A DNA stretch of 64,000 bases, taken from positions 530,840 to 594,839 of the forward strand of contig QPGO01000016.1 of NCBI GenBank assembly GCA_008632985.1, read 5' to 3'. The stretch is from Psammoneis japonica (taxonomy: Eukaryota). A program made the translations under genes and the position numbers. Numbering within the stretch: the first letter of the stretch is position 1; every line of letters starts with the position of its first letter. The notes below the pieces were generated by a model, which searched no databases, was not told the origin of the DNA, and worked only from the letters and a program-made list of their open reading frames with translations. Below are positions 1 through 12,088 of the stretch, one piece after another.

Positions 1-792
1 CACTACGTCTTGGCGAGTCGATGGAAAGCTCTCTTTTTGCCTCCACAAAAGCACATTGAACCCGACTCCTTTCAACCCCTCAAGCACCCCAGTTTTGCAG
101 GTCGTATCCTTCCACGTCATCCTGATGGTCACATTGCTCTTTTCTTTTGGGATGATAATGGCAAGCCTAATCCTGACGGTATCGAAACCGTCAAGGATTT
201 GGAGGAAAGTTTCACAGCGGCGCTTCAGGGCAAACAACGAAATAATCTCTTTCGAAGGATGCTGGGGATGGGGATGTACGAAGACTTGAATGAAACCGAA
301 GTTAGCTACGACAAGGAGGCGCTGAAACAGTGTTTTGATGGACGCGCCGGCATTAGTCATTACCTCAAGCTGGACAAGTACAATGACGGAGTTGTTGCAC
401 TCTTGGGTGATTCGGCGCATGGCATGTACACCTTGCTCGGTCAAGGATGTGCCTGTGGGCTGGAAAATGCAGTGGTGCTTGGAAAGTGCTTGACAAGCAA
501 AAATAATCAGTACGAGACGATCGAGGATGCACTTCAAGCCTACTCGGATGCGGTTGTTCCAGAGAGTCATGCCATTACAGATTTGAACCTCATCACACAC
601 GTACTAAAGAGCAATGTTTTTGTCAAGGCGATCGCATTCCCACCAATTGTTTGGTCAGCAATTCGAGGCAAAATGCTAATGAAACGTGTAGTTGATACTC
701 CCTACACGCAGGTGCTCAAGGAGAATCGTTTCATCATTGCGCTGTCGAAGAGAATGTGGAAACGCCAAAGAAAACCAGCCACAAGGTCATGA
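1..792 (+). CDS. FAD-dependent monooxygenase (kynurenine 3-monooxygenase-like), C-terminal part; begins before window
   Basis: Open frame from base 1; motif VALLGDSAHGMYTLLGQGCACGLEN matches the class A flavin monooxygenase GD-x-AH...GQG fingerprint. Confidence 0.85.
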   Translation, partial: HYVLASRWKALFLPPQKHIEPDSFQPLKHPSFAGRILPRHPDGHIALFFWDDNGKPNPDGIETVKDLEESFTAALQGKQRNNLFRRMLGMGMYEDLNETEVSYDKEALKQCFDGRAGISHYLKLDKYNDGVVALLGDSAHGMYTLLGQGCACGLENAVVLGKCLTSKNNQYETIEDALQAYSDAVVPESHAITDLNLITHVLKSNVFVKAIAFPPIVWSAIRGKMLMKRVVDTPYTQVLKENRFIIALSKRMWKRQRKPATRS

Positions 793-1093
793 GTGTTTGG
801 TATAGGGTCCGGCTCAGACACTCCCAACTACCTCAAGATGTACATGTCTTGTGCCTTCTTACTATCTGCTCAATTTATACCGATATCTTTCATACCTACT
901 ACAAGCAGAAGGAAAAAGCTCATATTTCACTGTAGGGTACGTAGAAACTTTGTATCAAACTCTATTCTCTAAATCTCTACGTGTTGCGAAATTTTGGCGG
1001 GCCAATCAAAACCCTTCATTTTGCCTTTTCATTTCAGAACGCATACGGTACTGTTAGGACTATGGCAGTTTGTTCTCTTTTCACACGCTACCC

Positions 1094-3121
1094 ATGGGGA
1101 AGAAGTCGAAAAAGAACAGGAAGGCCGCGAAAAGTGTCCGTCCTCCGAGCATACAGGGTAGTGTAGAGAGCTTGGAATTCTGTGTTGGGGATAATGTCAT
1201 GCTCCAGAACCTCAAAAGTTTTGGATACAATGGAAAACGTGGTACTATCTCTTCTTTACCTAAGTCCGAAGATGGTCGCTATGGAGTGCTTGTTGAGGGC
1301 GCCGAGAATCCGGTAGCGGTTCGCCCCCAAAATATCTGTTTTGATGGGGCGACCCTAAGTGGAAAGAGTACACAGCAGATGCGCGAGGAACAAGAGCGGT
1401 TGAGAAAGTATACAGAACCTCCAAAATCGCAAAGCGCAGATGCTGACCAACTTGGTCTGATGCGAATGATGACGAATATGTTGCTGACAGATGAGGCGCA
1501 AATGAAAATCTACGGTCGGAAGATTGATCCAATTCCAAACTTCTTGAATGAAATGAGAGGGGAAAACAAAAGCTTCCCGGCTGGTGTTGATTCCTCCTGG
1601 GCAGAGCAATATCTTCGAATGTCGTTCGAGAATGCAAGCAGCAACCCACACAATTTCGAAGTGTATTTCAAGCGGAAAAACTACGATCCGGAGGCACACG
1701 ATTATCTCAAGAGGCTTGGATCCAACGAACCTGCGAAGCTTGACTGGTATTTTGGAGGAAATGAATTTGGAAGTATTTTTCCACAGCGTGTAGGACACTC
1801 TTATTCTGATACAGTACGTCATAGCTTCAGCAATCAAGCATACCGGCAGGAGAAGCTATGGCTTGGCACGACGCACGTTGCCGTTGGATTCGTGGACCTT
1901 GGGATGCTGTTCGCTGCTGAACTTCTGGACGCGCCAATGGGTCGTGGCGGACCATTGAATTTTGTCGGAATTGAGATGAGTGCTTACGCAGTAGCAAAAT
2001 CCCAGGTAATTTGGGAGATGATGAAGCAGACACCAGTGGCCACCACAAAGTATGCCGAGCACCTTCGATACATTGCACAGGCTTGGTTTAGTGCCGCATG
2101 GGAAAACGGTACCGAAAGGGCGGTGAAATCTGCTCTCTCCACTCTTTGCAGTTCGGGTCAGTCTCAACATCCCTCTGTTCGACTGATTCTCTATCACTGG
2201 TCTCAGGCTCCACCGTTTCCTTTGGTCAAGGCCAGGGCACAGCTGTCCGAGGTGACTACTGATAAACTATCATCTCTTGGGCACTTACTGAAGAAACGAG
2301 ACAGGATGGCAATGGCCAAGTACGAACTTGGTCGCGACTTTTGCATCAATGGGAAGCCAGCTTGCGGAAACACACTCATGTTTGACTGCCCAGATGGAAC
2401 CCCCCCACTCGATTTTGACGAGACCGTGTATTCCTCATTCGCATTCGACAAAATCATGAAAATTGTGCTCCAAAACGAGTCGTCTAGAATGACGATTGTT
2501 GATGCTACTGAAACACATGCTCTTGATGGGGTCGGCAAAGTTGCTTCATGGGCGGTTTCAGGAAAAGTTGTAGTGGAGCTGAAATGCGCCCCTGTTCAGA
2601 AACAGCTGGAAGACATTGCGTCACGCAAGCCCTGGACTATGAGCTGGTCAAATGTATGCGACTATGTTGACTACTCGGACTTCCATCGGATGGCGCGTCG
2701 TTGCTCGATTCACGGAGACACCATTCATTTCGGCTATTCGATGAATTGGGTTCGAGAGATTCTGGGAGCATTCATCATTGACTTCCCTGGGCCAGAGCAC
2801 GCCGAGTTGCGTGTCTCAATCATTGACAACTCTAACAAGTCAGTGGATGAGGTCTACAAACATTTGGGATGGGAAAGGCATCTTCGCTCGCCGCCTCCTG
2901 ACAATCCTATAAACACAACAACAGCATACGGTCTCAAGTTTTTACAAAGTGAGAAATGGTCTGACCACTTTTTCGGGCTTGCGCTGAAAGAAGGCTCGTG
3001 CCAGGTTGCACAAGTGGAGCATGCTTTAGTTCCTCCTCTCTCCCCGACGGGAGGGAACACTCTGGCATTCACGTGGACGTACGATCCCAAACTCAAGCTA
3101 CACGCAGAAAGCAGGGAATGA
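1094..3121 (+). CDS. Hypothetical protein with N-terminal SH3/KOW-like module
   Basis: Single long ORF (~675 aa from MGKKSKK); N-terminal GDNVMLQNLKSFGYNG...GRYGV...VAVRPQNI pattern; normal composition. Confidence 0.75.
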   Translation: MGKKSKKNRKAAKSVRPPSIQGSVESLEFCVGDNVMLQNLKSFGYNGKRGTISSLPKSEDGRYGVLVEGAENPVAVRPQNICFDGATLSGKSTQQMREEQERLRKYTEPPKSQSADADQLGLMRMMTNMLLTDEAQMKIYGRKIDPIPNFLNEMRGENKSFPAGVDSSWAEQYLRMSFENASSNPHNFEVYFKRKNYDPEAHDYLKRLGSNEPAKLDWYFGGNEFGSIFPQRVGHSYSDTVRHSFSNQAYRQEKLWLGTTHVAVGFVDLGMLFAAELLDAPMGRGGPLNFVGIEMSAYAVAKSQVIWEMMKQTPVATTKYAEHLRYIAQAWFSAAWENGTERAVKSALSTLCSSGQSQHPSVRLILYHWSQAPPFPLVKARAQLSEVTTDKLSSLGHLLKKRDRMAMAKYELGRDFCINGKPACGNTLMFDCPDGTPPLDFDETVYSSFAFDKIMKIVLQNESSRMTIVDATETHALDGVGKVASWAVSGKVVVELKCAPVQKQLEDIASRKPWTMSWSNVCDYVDYSDFHRMARRCSIHGDTIHFGYSMNWVREILGAFIIDFPGPEHAELRVSIIDNSNKSVDEVYKHLGWERHLRSPPPDNPINTTTAYGLKFLQSEKWSDHFFGLALKEGSCQVAQVEHALVPPLSPTGGNTLAFTWTYDPKLKLHAESRE

Positions 3122-3386
3122 GCGGTAATGGATAGTATCCGCTGCTAGAACAAGAAGCCCATAAAAAAAGAACACATGAGGGTCTAATCCCACTTTTTAG
3201 AGAGATTACTAGTCGTATATGAAACAATGTTTTAAACTATTCTACTACTAGCTAGTACCTGCATCCCATGCCAAAGTGTACCGAAGACAATATTTTTTTG
3301 AGTTTTGTACAGCTTCCATACTTTTTCTAGCCGAAACATCTTACCCACACGCACTAGATCCCAAGCACTCAATTTCCGTCAAATGA

Positions 3387-4511
3387 CTACACCATCAAAA
3401 GAAAGGCAACATAGAGCACGGTCATTAGGACGTGAATGCTCTTTGTCATTATGGCAGCAGGCGAATCATCGAATGGGCCGCCTCCGGGCGACTCAACACA
3501 GCACACATGATCGACCGTGTACTGGTCAGGAGCGGATGCAAACACTAGCTGCACAAAACGGCACCAATTGGTTCTCTTTGGAATGTACGATACAATCATC
3601 TCATCTGTAAGACAGTTCTCGTAATCGCTTCCCAAGTATCGTCGTACCAAACCATGCCGATCATTGCCTCGCTGGTTGGCTGTGGTGTTGAGAATCGTTG
3701 ACATTACGGCGGTAGGAGCATCTGTACGAGGACTGACGTTTGCACCAGGCGGTGTCGGCTGTAGAGTTGGAGATGCTGGCTCTTGTGTGGCTTTTGGGTC
3801 AATCATTTTGAGACCCTCATGACAGAGGGTGCATCGATTGCTGACGTCCAAGACATTCGCCGGCGGCGAGTCACAGCATCCCTCATCGTAAGCAAGCGCT
3901 TGTAGAACTTGACAATGCTCAGCATCAGCGGGAGTATTCCCGTAGAGGTACTGAAAGTAAAGACATGCTTCATCGTACTGATCAGTGGGTGTTCCATCCG
4001 CGCAAAGGCTGCATCGATTGTCTGGCGTTTCTGTGAAACACTCGCAATTGGGCACTTCTGTAAGGAGACGTGCGGCGGAACAAGCCATTTCATCAAACTC
4101 CACCTCTTCTCCATATAGAATGCCTCTTTCAGACCCGAGTTGATAATAGTATAGTAACAATTGAGCATCAGGACAATCACCGTCACTTCCTGGGATATCC
4201 GTGGTTCCTGGACACACGGTGCATATTGGACCGATAAAGTCGGTTGGAGGAGGACAACCACATTCGCGAACACCTCCAAAGATTTGTAGCGTCAAACAAT
4301 CGACATCATTCAAGGATTCTGTAGCCAGATTTTCCAGAGTTCCACAGTCCGTCATGCTGAGTCCCAGATCATCAAGCCAAGAGTTGGATGCTATACGAGC
4401 CGGATTCCAGATACTTGAACCGTCAGGGCACAACGACGTGCAGTCTGCATCAACAGTCGGAAATCGCCACGGCCGGAACAAAAGAAGAGAAAATAAAGCA
4501 AGTGTTTTCAT
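3387..4511 (-). CDS. Secreted Cys-rich surface protein, possibly GPI-anchored
   Basis: Signal peptide MKTLALFSLLLF; repeated CxxCxxG...C...CxC modules; Pro/Thr linker; hydrophobic C-terminus after small residues. Confidence 0.75.
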   Translation of the reverse strand: MKTLALFSLLLFRPWRFPTVDADCTSLCPDGSSIWNPARIASNSWLDDLGLSMTDCGTLENLATESLNDVDCLTLQIFGGVRECGCPPPTDFIGPICTVCPGTTDIPGSDGDCPDAQLLLYYYQLGSERGILYGEEVEFDEMACSAARLLTEVPNCECFTETPDNRCSLCADGTPTDQYDEACLYFQYLYGNTPADAEHCQVLQALAYDEGCCDSPPANVLDVSNRCTLCHEGLKMIDPKATQEPASPTLQPTPPGANVSPRTDAPTAVMSTILNTTANQRGNDRHGLVRRYLGSDYENCLTDEMIVSYIPKRTNWCRFVQLVFASAPDQYTVDHVCCVESPGGGPFDDSPAAIMTKSIHVLMTVLYVAFLLMV

Positions 4512-5144
4512 TGTGGACAATCTTTCAAAGCAATCTCTTTTTTTTTTTAATGAGACATGAGAACCATCATGAAGCAATCGTGCAACACGGCATGCGCATC
4601 ATCGATCGTGACACCGTATTCTCGCCAAAAAGATAAGTGGGTCCCGACAAAAAAAAATCGCTTCGTGCGTGCGAGCTCTCTCTGGAGATGGGACCATTCC
4701 GACACAGCATGCACAGGCTGCTTGATCAAACAACATGCCACACTCCTGCTGACACGGCGAGACAGAACACTCTGAACTCTCTCATCTAATGGTGTGGGGT
4801 GGCGGGTCAACTATTCACGGGCAAAGCAAAAAACAACTCAACACTCGCAACACTCGACATCAGCGATCAATTGACGAATGAATTTGAAATTATGGGCGCA
4901 TGTGCTTCTTTGAAGCCATGTCGTTTGTATTGTTATGTAATAACAAGATCCGTATACTTGTATAAGGAATGATTGTGACGTCATCCATTCGTGTTTTTGA
5001 ATTTCATTCGCGGACGCCATACCAAGCGGAGTCCACCCCAAGCCGGGAGTGTGCGGAGTCGAGTGTGAGTGAGTGAGGCCTTTTCAGTTCGATTCGACGG
5101 TATGTATTGAGTGTATGGCATGAATCGATCGCTCATTATAAATG

Positions 5145-5243
5145 GGTCCTGCTCTTTTCTCATTAGTGCTTCACTTACACTAGAGTATATCAGGTCCTGC
5201 TATCTTCTCATTAGTGCTTCCCTTACACTAGAGTATATCAGGT
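5145..5243. repeat. 48-bp tandem duplication upstream of Kir gene
   Basis: ggtcctgct.t.ttctcattagtgcttc.cttacactagagtatatca at 5145-5192 and 5193-5240. Confidence 0.95.
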
Positions 5244-5260
5244 AATAAGAATCACAAATT

Positions 5261-6640
5261 ATGGTGAATCGACCCCCTCCGAGTGGTGGAGGTTCATCCA
5301 GAGGCGACGAAAGCGATGGGTTGAATTTGTCTTCTCGAAGCACGTCGTCTGTTGCTTCTGGCGGCCCTCGTCGTGGTTTGGAGTGGAGCTTGCGTAGCAT
5401 GCATAAAATCGATACCAGCGCACAGCATTTCTTATCGAATTATTATGGAGAAGACGACGATTCGGATTCGGACAATCCTGCTATCGAGATGAACGGAGAA
5501 AAAGTCAATCAAGTAATGGAAGATCAAACCGCATATGAGATTTTCAAGACCAAGGACGATACGCTTAAAGCCGGACAAGCTGGTTCTGTATGGGAATCTC
5601 TTCATGATCCGCTAAGAGTTGGAATTGTAGATGGCAAGAAAGTGGTTTTTGAATTGAAAACAAATGTCACAGAGAGACCGGAAACACGCCGCAAGGATCG
5701 GCTCAAACGACGTCATGTTGTTGTCAATTCCAACCGATCGCCTCCAGAAGTCCGGTTCCGGTTTTATTTGATGCATTTTTCCTTGGCCTTGCTTTCGGTC
5801 GTCTTTCTTGCAGCCTTTATAGTCATGAATGTGATCTTTGCCGCACTCTTTTACGTTGCAGGCGAAGGACACTGCTGCGACGACCCAGACATGACGTTCG
5901 GAGACAACTTCGCCTTCAGCATACAAACGTCGACGACCATTGGATATGGGAGCTTTTCACCGGATGGTCGATTGCAGAACTTTTTAGTTGTCGTGTTGTC
6001 CTATCTTTCAACCTTGATGAACACTCTTTTTGCGGGATTGCTCTTTACAAGGTTTGTGACGCCCGTCATTAACATTCAATTTTCAGACGTCATGACTCTG
6101 TGCAACGTCAATGGCGTTCCCTGTTTGAGCTTTCGAGTGGGAAACGCCGATGGCAATGCCAATCCCTTGACCGACATTAATGTGCGCTTGACGTATTCGT
6201 ATGAAATTCCCTACACCGATCACAAGGGTGCCAAACGGTTCTTTCGACAAACAGAAGAACTCAAGCTGCTGAGTAATCGACAAAACGGGCTTAAAGAAGT
6301 GTGGACGCTTCGACACGTCCTGGATGAGTCAAGTCCCTGTTTGGTTTGAATTTTGAAGAGCATCCTGCAAACAAAATTACAGTCTTTACCTTGTCGATTG
6401 ATGCGGTCCAAGACTTGACCAAGTCTTCTGTGAATAGGCAAGAAGCATATGGAGTCGAAGATATAATGATTGGACACAACTTTACGACGTATTTTCAGTT
6501 GATGATAAGGATCCGCGTGTCGTGAGATGGGATTACTCAAACTGTCGGATACAGAGCCGTATCCCGTTTGGTATCCAGCCAAGGCTGGGGCATATGCCAC
6601 TCGCGAAAAGAGCATTCCAGTCAAGTCCTTCAAATTTTAA
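5261..6640 (+). CDS. Inward-rectifier potassium channel (Kir-like); three apparent 1-bp frameshifts in 3' part
   Basis: Two TM segments flanking pore FAFSIQTSTTIGYG; PCLSFRVGN; RHVLDESSP(LFG). Homology continues past 6349 in shifted frames to TAA at 6638-6640. Confidence 0.88.
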
Positions 6641-6804
6641 ACGGAGATGGAATCAACACAGGAACATAATCAACATTGCCGTAGGATTTGACGCCTAGTC
6701 ACAAGAGTCAAGTCCGAGAAGGGAAACTTAGGGTGATTCGGAACCCTTTGTAGTACATTGCCGATTCGTCTAGTGGTAGCAAGAAGTGGCGTGGAAGAAG
6801 AAAA

Positions 6805-7765
6805 TGACCGGTCGCCCAGTTGAAAGTGGAAAAAACGTGGGGGGGCATTGGAATTTGACTGACGAGCAAAACCCAAACTCGGGTGTCGCAACGTCGTGAA
6901 GCCATGGCCAGCCGACTAATGATTTTGTGGTAGGGGGTATAAACCGTAGAGAGTAGTAGCTTCAAGAGTGACATCGACTGAAATCAACGCATGCATAGTT
7001 TTCCCGTGGTATAGTTCCAGACCTAACGGAGAATCCGTTACGATCGAATTTTAAATGTTGCCAACTTCATGCCATTTATCACCGTACAACTCGTGGACTG
7101 CACATTATTCTGACTCTCCAACCGCTTGATTCGAATCACCAGATAGGTCACCGCGATCGTCCAAAACCAAAACTTCGTGGTTGGCTTGACTGTAAAGGTA
7201 TGCGTCGACAAGGCTCATTTCCTCAGGCACAATAACTCCTCATTCAGGACCATGGCGGCCCGACCGTCGCACCAAGTTGAAAATTAAAATACATAGGGGA
7301 CACATTGGAATTTCATTGAGGAGCAAAAACCCGAGTTTGCGTGTCGCAAAATCGGGAAAGAGAGTGCATGGACAAAGCACAAATGCAAGAAAAAGAAGAA
7401 ACAAACGCCACATCATGTTGAATAATCCGGTGTAAATCTAAAAGCTTATACACAGACTGAGCTGAACGCAGACATTTTCTCGTGGTCTACATCGTTCCAG
7501 ATCAGACGGAGAATCCGTTGCGATCGAAATACAATGTTGCCGACTTCACTCCCTTATTATTATCCCTATGCTATCGAATCTTTCTAAACAAAACTTCTCT
7601 CGTGGATTGCACCTTTTCGCCAACGGTTTGATTCGAATCACGAGATAGGTCACCGCGATCGTCCAAAACCAAAAACTTCATGGTTGGCTTGACAGTATAG
7701 GTCATGCCGCGACAGAGCTTCATTTTGCGTCGGACACCACTCCTCATTCAGGGCCATGGCGGCCC
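6805..7765. repeat. Diverged ~460-500 bp tandem duplication
   Basis: Shared blocks such as gataggtcaccgcgatcgtccaaaacc, acggagaatccgtt.cgatcgaa and ctcctcattcagg.ccatggcggccc in both units (~6805-7262 and ~7262-7765). Confidence 0.85.
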
Positions 7766-8457
7766 GTTCGGCCGATGCGTCGCATGGGGAAAACAAACGT
7801 GAGACATGCAAGAAATGTGCCGACTGGCAATCTGCGCCGCCTCTTGCAGCTCCAAGGCTCTCAACACATGGTCGCATTCGGGAGGAGGATCAAACGTGAT
7901 GGAGGTGCACGACGTTCCACAGAAATTTTCTCGCGGTGCCCCTCCACAAAGCGTCGGGTGGACAACAGCACCGGGTACAACCAAAGCCATAAAATGTGTA
8001 GGCTTGGATGGTTTCCATTTCGGTCTCTTGCTGACATTGCCACCCATTGTGGTTGCAGCACAGAGAAGGTCTTACGTTTGTTCCTTTCAACAGCGCATGC
8101 GGCTTCAGATGAGTGAGCTCGTCAAAGCAACGCGAACTCTTGGTGCAGTCGTTTGTCACTGGGGCATTCACCAATCACCACGATGACAGTCACTGAATAG
8201 TAGCAATCTTGCCTGTTACAACCCTGGCCTCTCGTTGTCTCTTGTCTCTCACTCTTGTTGCACGAGGGCGTTAGAGTTCTGACTTCTGACTGCGACGAAT
8301 GTTCATGGTCATGGTCCCAAGTCATCGGGTGTCCTTACGCGACAAATAATGGGCGAATGTGCTCTTCAACCCGGTTTCATTCGATCGTTGATGCGTATGA
8401 GTAACCTTACCGGCACCGGCACGCGCCACGTTTTCCCTTTCCACACGTCGCCTCAAA

Positions 8458-10009
8458 ATGACGATGGCGGCGGCGGGGATCTTTGCGGACAAGCTACAGG
8501 TTGATGATCGTGATCCAGTACTTTCCCTTGAGCTTCAAGGATATCTCGTGGAACTTTTGCCGCCAAAGTTAGCCTTTCAGTACAAATATGCATCGTAAGT
8601 ACAATTGAGCGAGCGCGACACGATTTTGAACTTTTGTGATCAGCTTTTCCATACCCCAGCTAACAAGTTATATTTCTCCTACTCAGATCATCATCTTAGA
8701 TATGATATATGTGCTGCTCTTGGAGTATTGATTTTTGAGCTCGTCGTTCAAGCAAAATCAAAGGCACAACGATACCTTGCGGGCTTTGGCGTCATGCTGC
8801 CGCTGGCACTGTTAATTCCCTTTTACATTATCAACTACGTTGACATTCGCAGTCGTACAATGCGCATGGGACTAGCATGTATTCCAATATGTACTGGCTT
8901 GCGCTGTCTTGAGGTGAGTTGGTCACAAGCACTGCAATGAGTGTGAGAACTACCTTGCTCTCACAATCCTCCTCAACTTGAAACTCTATGGATTTCCCTA
9001 CAGCCATCTTTGGTACTACCCCGTCCCAGGTTTTGTCCTTTAAAAAGTTTGTTGTCTAAAAGCTCCCCCCTTGAAGTCAAGGTAGACAAGGACAAGCTGG
9101 CAAAAGCAACGCTAAGTTCTTTTTGTCTGCCTTTCAGCATTACTTGTACCTATATGTCTGCTTTACGCTTATCATGTCGTTGCTTGTACCGGTAAACTTT
9201 GCCCCCTTTGGTGATGCGGGAGATGCCACAACTTTCACATTATCAGTGGAACTTGTACATTTGGGAAACAATTTCGTAGCGGCGTGTAAGTGGCTCCTAT
9301 ACCTGATGGCACGTTGCTGAATATTTGTCGACAAGTGTGTAACCTCACTTTTTCTTTTCTGCTACCAGTCTTACCAGCCTGTCCTTGTCATTTAGTATGG
9401 TTGGTGTTTCTTCCCTAATACAGCTGCTACTAAGAGTTCAAGTACATCAGTTGTGGCGAATCCAATGTTCTCGTCAAAGTCGCCATCTGATTTTGGGGAA
9501 ATAAGTGGAACCGCTTGGTGCACGCCGGTCTCAAGGTGAGAAGATGCAGTCGAGGTGCGTGTGTCCAATGTTGAGCGAAGTTGCTCATCGGATCTCTTCC
9601 ATGTCACTTGTTCTTTCTCTACTGTAGCGAGGGGCATACATGCCGGTCAGAAGCGTGGTGGATTCAAAGTTATTGCAGCAATGGCGACCTTTATTATTGC
9701 ATGAACATGTGGCATCTTGTTGTTCTTTTGCAATGCTCATGAAGATGAGGGTTGTCAATTTCCTCGTTTCGGAAAGCATTTACTGTTCTTTGGGTGGAAT
9801 GGGTGTCTGCTTGTGTTGGAATGTGCGGTTGGGGACGCGTTCGAGCAGTTCCCAAGTTTGTACCTGCGCCCCTTGTCAGCGTGTTGGTGGTGTTATTGGC
9901 GCTTCCCATTGGGCATTTCTTCACCAGTGATGTGATTGAATTTGGCTGCTTTTCGTCACTCTCGTTGGCTTTTCCACGCATTGTCGTGTCAAGAATGCCA
10001 GCTGGCTAA
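8458..10009 (+). CDS. MBOAT_2 wax-synthase-like O-acyltransferase, multi-exon, with frameshifts (gene or pseudogene)
   Basis: NPMFSSKSPSDF(W)GNKWNRLVHAGLK, RGAYMPVR and LLHEH motifs; GT-AG introns starting ~8594, 8914, 9286, 9536. Confidence 0.75.
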
Positions 10010-10571
10010 ACACAGGAAGCATGTGTGCGTTAAAATAAATCTAATCGAGTTGGATGTCGCAGTCACAAAACCGCAGCCATGTGGCAAATCCAGGATTGAT
10101 GTCACAGCTCTCATCTGCCAGAGTTGCTGACGTGGGCCTGCTCTCTTTCAATCCGACAGAGGAGGAAGTGGATGGAATTGAAGGAGAAATCACAATTGAA
10201 ATGGCAGTGGAGCCCAAACCGTGGATAACTGGGCGTAGTGGGATGAAAAAGGAGGGGTGTGGTGGCTTTGGGAGCCAGAAAGCCTGTGGAGGACTGACGC
10301 CAACAACTGACAAACTGGTGGCTGGCTCAGAGCATCCTGCTCATGGTTCTTCATGAGACAGCCTTTTGGCATCTGATTGGTCCTCCACATCTGCCAGCCA
10401 CTGCTCCATTTCAAACATTTCTCACAGTCCCTACACTGATGTGGCCAGATCATGGAGCCTTTCCACCAACACAGCCCACAGTTTTCCCAAAGCCAAACTG
10501 GTCTCCAGCTTTGACTCTTCAATGAAGCATGTGGAGGCTTTCCAGATCACCATCACTGACATCACACTCCA

Positions 10572-11030
10572 CCATCTGCAATCCGGCATCCATCATCCAT
10601 CATCCGGCACCCGGCATCCGGCATCCACCATCCGGGCATCCACCATCCGCCATCCGGCATCTGCCATCTGCCATCCACCATCCGCCATCCACCATCTGCC
10701 ACCCGCCTTCCACCATCCACCATCCGGCACCCAGCATCCAGCACCCGCCATCCACCATCGGGCACCCGGCATCTGGCACCCATCACCCACCATCCGCCAT
10801 CTGCCATCCGCCATTCACCATCTGCCATCCACCATCCATCATCCGGCATCTGCCATCCACCGTCCACCATCCACCATCCATGCGCCATCCACCATCTGCC
10901 ATCCACCATCCGCCATCCACCATCCACCATCCAGCATCCGCCATCTGCCATTTGCCATCCACCATCTGCCGTCCGCCATCCGCCATCCACCATCCACCAT
11001 CCGCCATCCACTGTCCACCATCTGCCATCT
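10572..11030 (+). repeat. Heptamer tandem array (C/G)CATC(CG/CA/TG)
   Basis: Runs of ccatccg/ccatcca/ccatctg/gcatccg; reverse-complement arrays at ~12090-12190 and ~12578-12760. Confidence 0.95.
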
Positions 11031-11433
11031 GATGTCTTGACAAAAATGAGCTGACGCCTCAAAGTGCAAGTGAATTCCTTGACAGCAGAATGTCAAAAGA
11101 GAGCAAGACACGTCACACTTTGAAGGTGAAGCAGAGTGCTCACCTGCTGCAACTTTCGTTTCACACACTCATCATCATCAAGCTGCGCCCCATTTCCTCT
11201 CAATGTGATGGCCAAGAACAGCCCAAAGAGTCATCATCACCAAGTGAGAGAGTGCCTGAAGCCATGGCAGTGCTGGTCAAGCCCCCCCCCTCCCTCCTTG
11301 GATCTCTGCAGGGAGTGGAGTCTTCAATGTTTTGAGAGTTTGCAAAATTTGTCATGACACATTCCCGGCATTTCCACTCAAACAGCAAAGAGAGTGGCCA
11401 CCATCGTTTCTCACAAAAGGAAATTGCCAGACA

Positions 11434-12088
11434 GGCATGGTGGGTGGGAGGTGGGTGCTTTGGTGGCCAAGGAAACTGGGGCAACAGCTCACTAAAACAT
11501 CCGGCATTGTCAAGGTGCGTGTGCCTTAAAAAATGCAAACAGCGGCTGCAAGGGTTTTGTGTCAATTGAGTTGATGATGTGCTGTGAGCTTTTGGTGGTG
11601 AACTTGTCACAGACACACTTGCAGAGTGGGCTTCAGAGTTGGTTGCCAAGGTGCTGGCAACTGCCACTGTGTGTTGCTCCAGTTGATTTTTGAGAATGGT
11701 GCAACATTGTCAGATGTGCTCCACGCATTGCTGCTGACAGAGTGTGTGCCTGAAAGAGTGCAAATCAGCTCACTCTCATGCTCCCCCCTGGATTGAAAAG
11801 CTGGGTGGAGATGCGGGCATGGTGGGTGGGAGGTGGGTGCTTTGGCAGCCAAGGAAACTGGGGCCATGACTTGTTGCAAAATCCTGCCTTGCCAAGGTGC
11901 AAGTGCCCAAAAGATGCAAACAGCAGCTGCAAGGGTTTTGTGTCAGTTGAGTTGACATGATGTTCTGTGAGCTTTTGGTGGTGGACTTCACAGACACACT
12001 TGCAAAGCAGGTTTCAGAGTTGGTTGCCAAGGTGCTGGCAACTGCAGCCATGTGTTGCTCCAGTTGATTTTTGAGAATGATGCAACAT
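11434..12088. repeat. Direct repeat, ~275 bp aligned, period ~380 bp
   Basis: ggcatggtgggtgggaggtgggtgctttgg...agttgatttttgagaatg.tgcaacat at 11434-11707 and 11816-12088. Confidence 0.9.

Noticed and set aside
7860..8047. 2H-phosphoesterase assignment (PTHF, possible HxT)
   Set aside because: Requires assumed frameshifts, and no second HxT motif was found
10366..11168. His/Pro-rich and Trp/Met/Gly-rich ORFs in all frames
   Set aside because: Translations of the heptamer array
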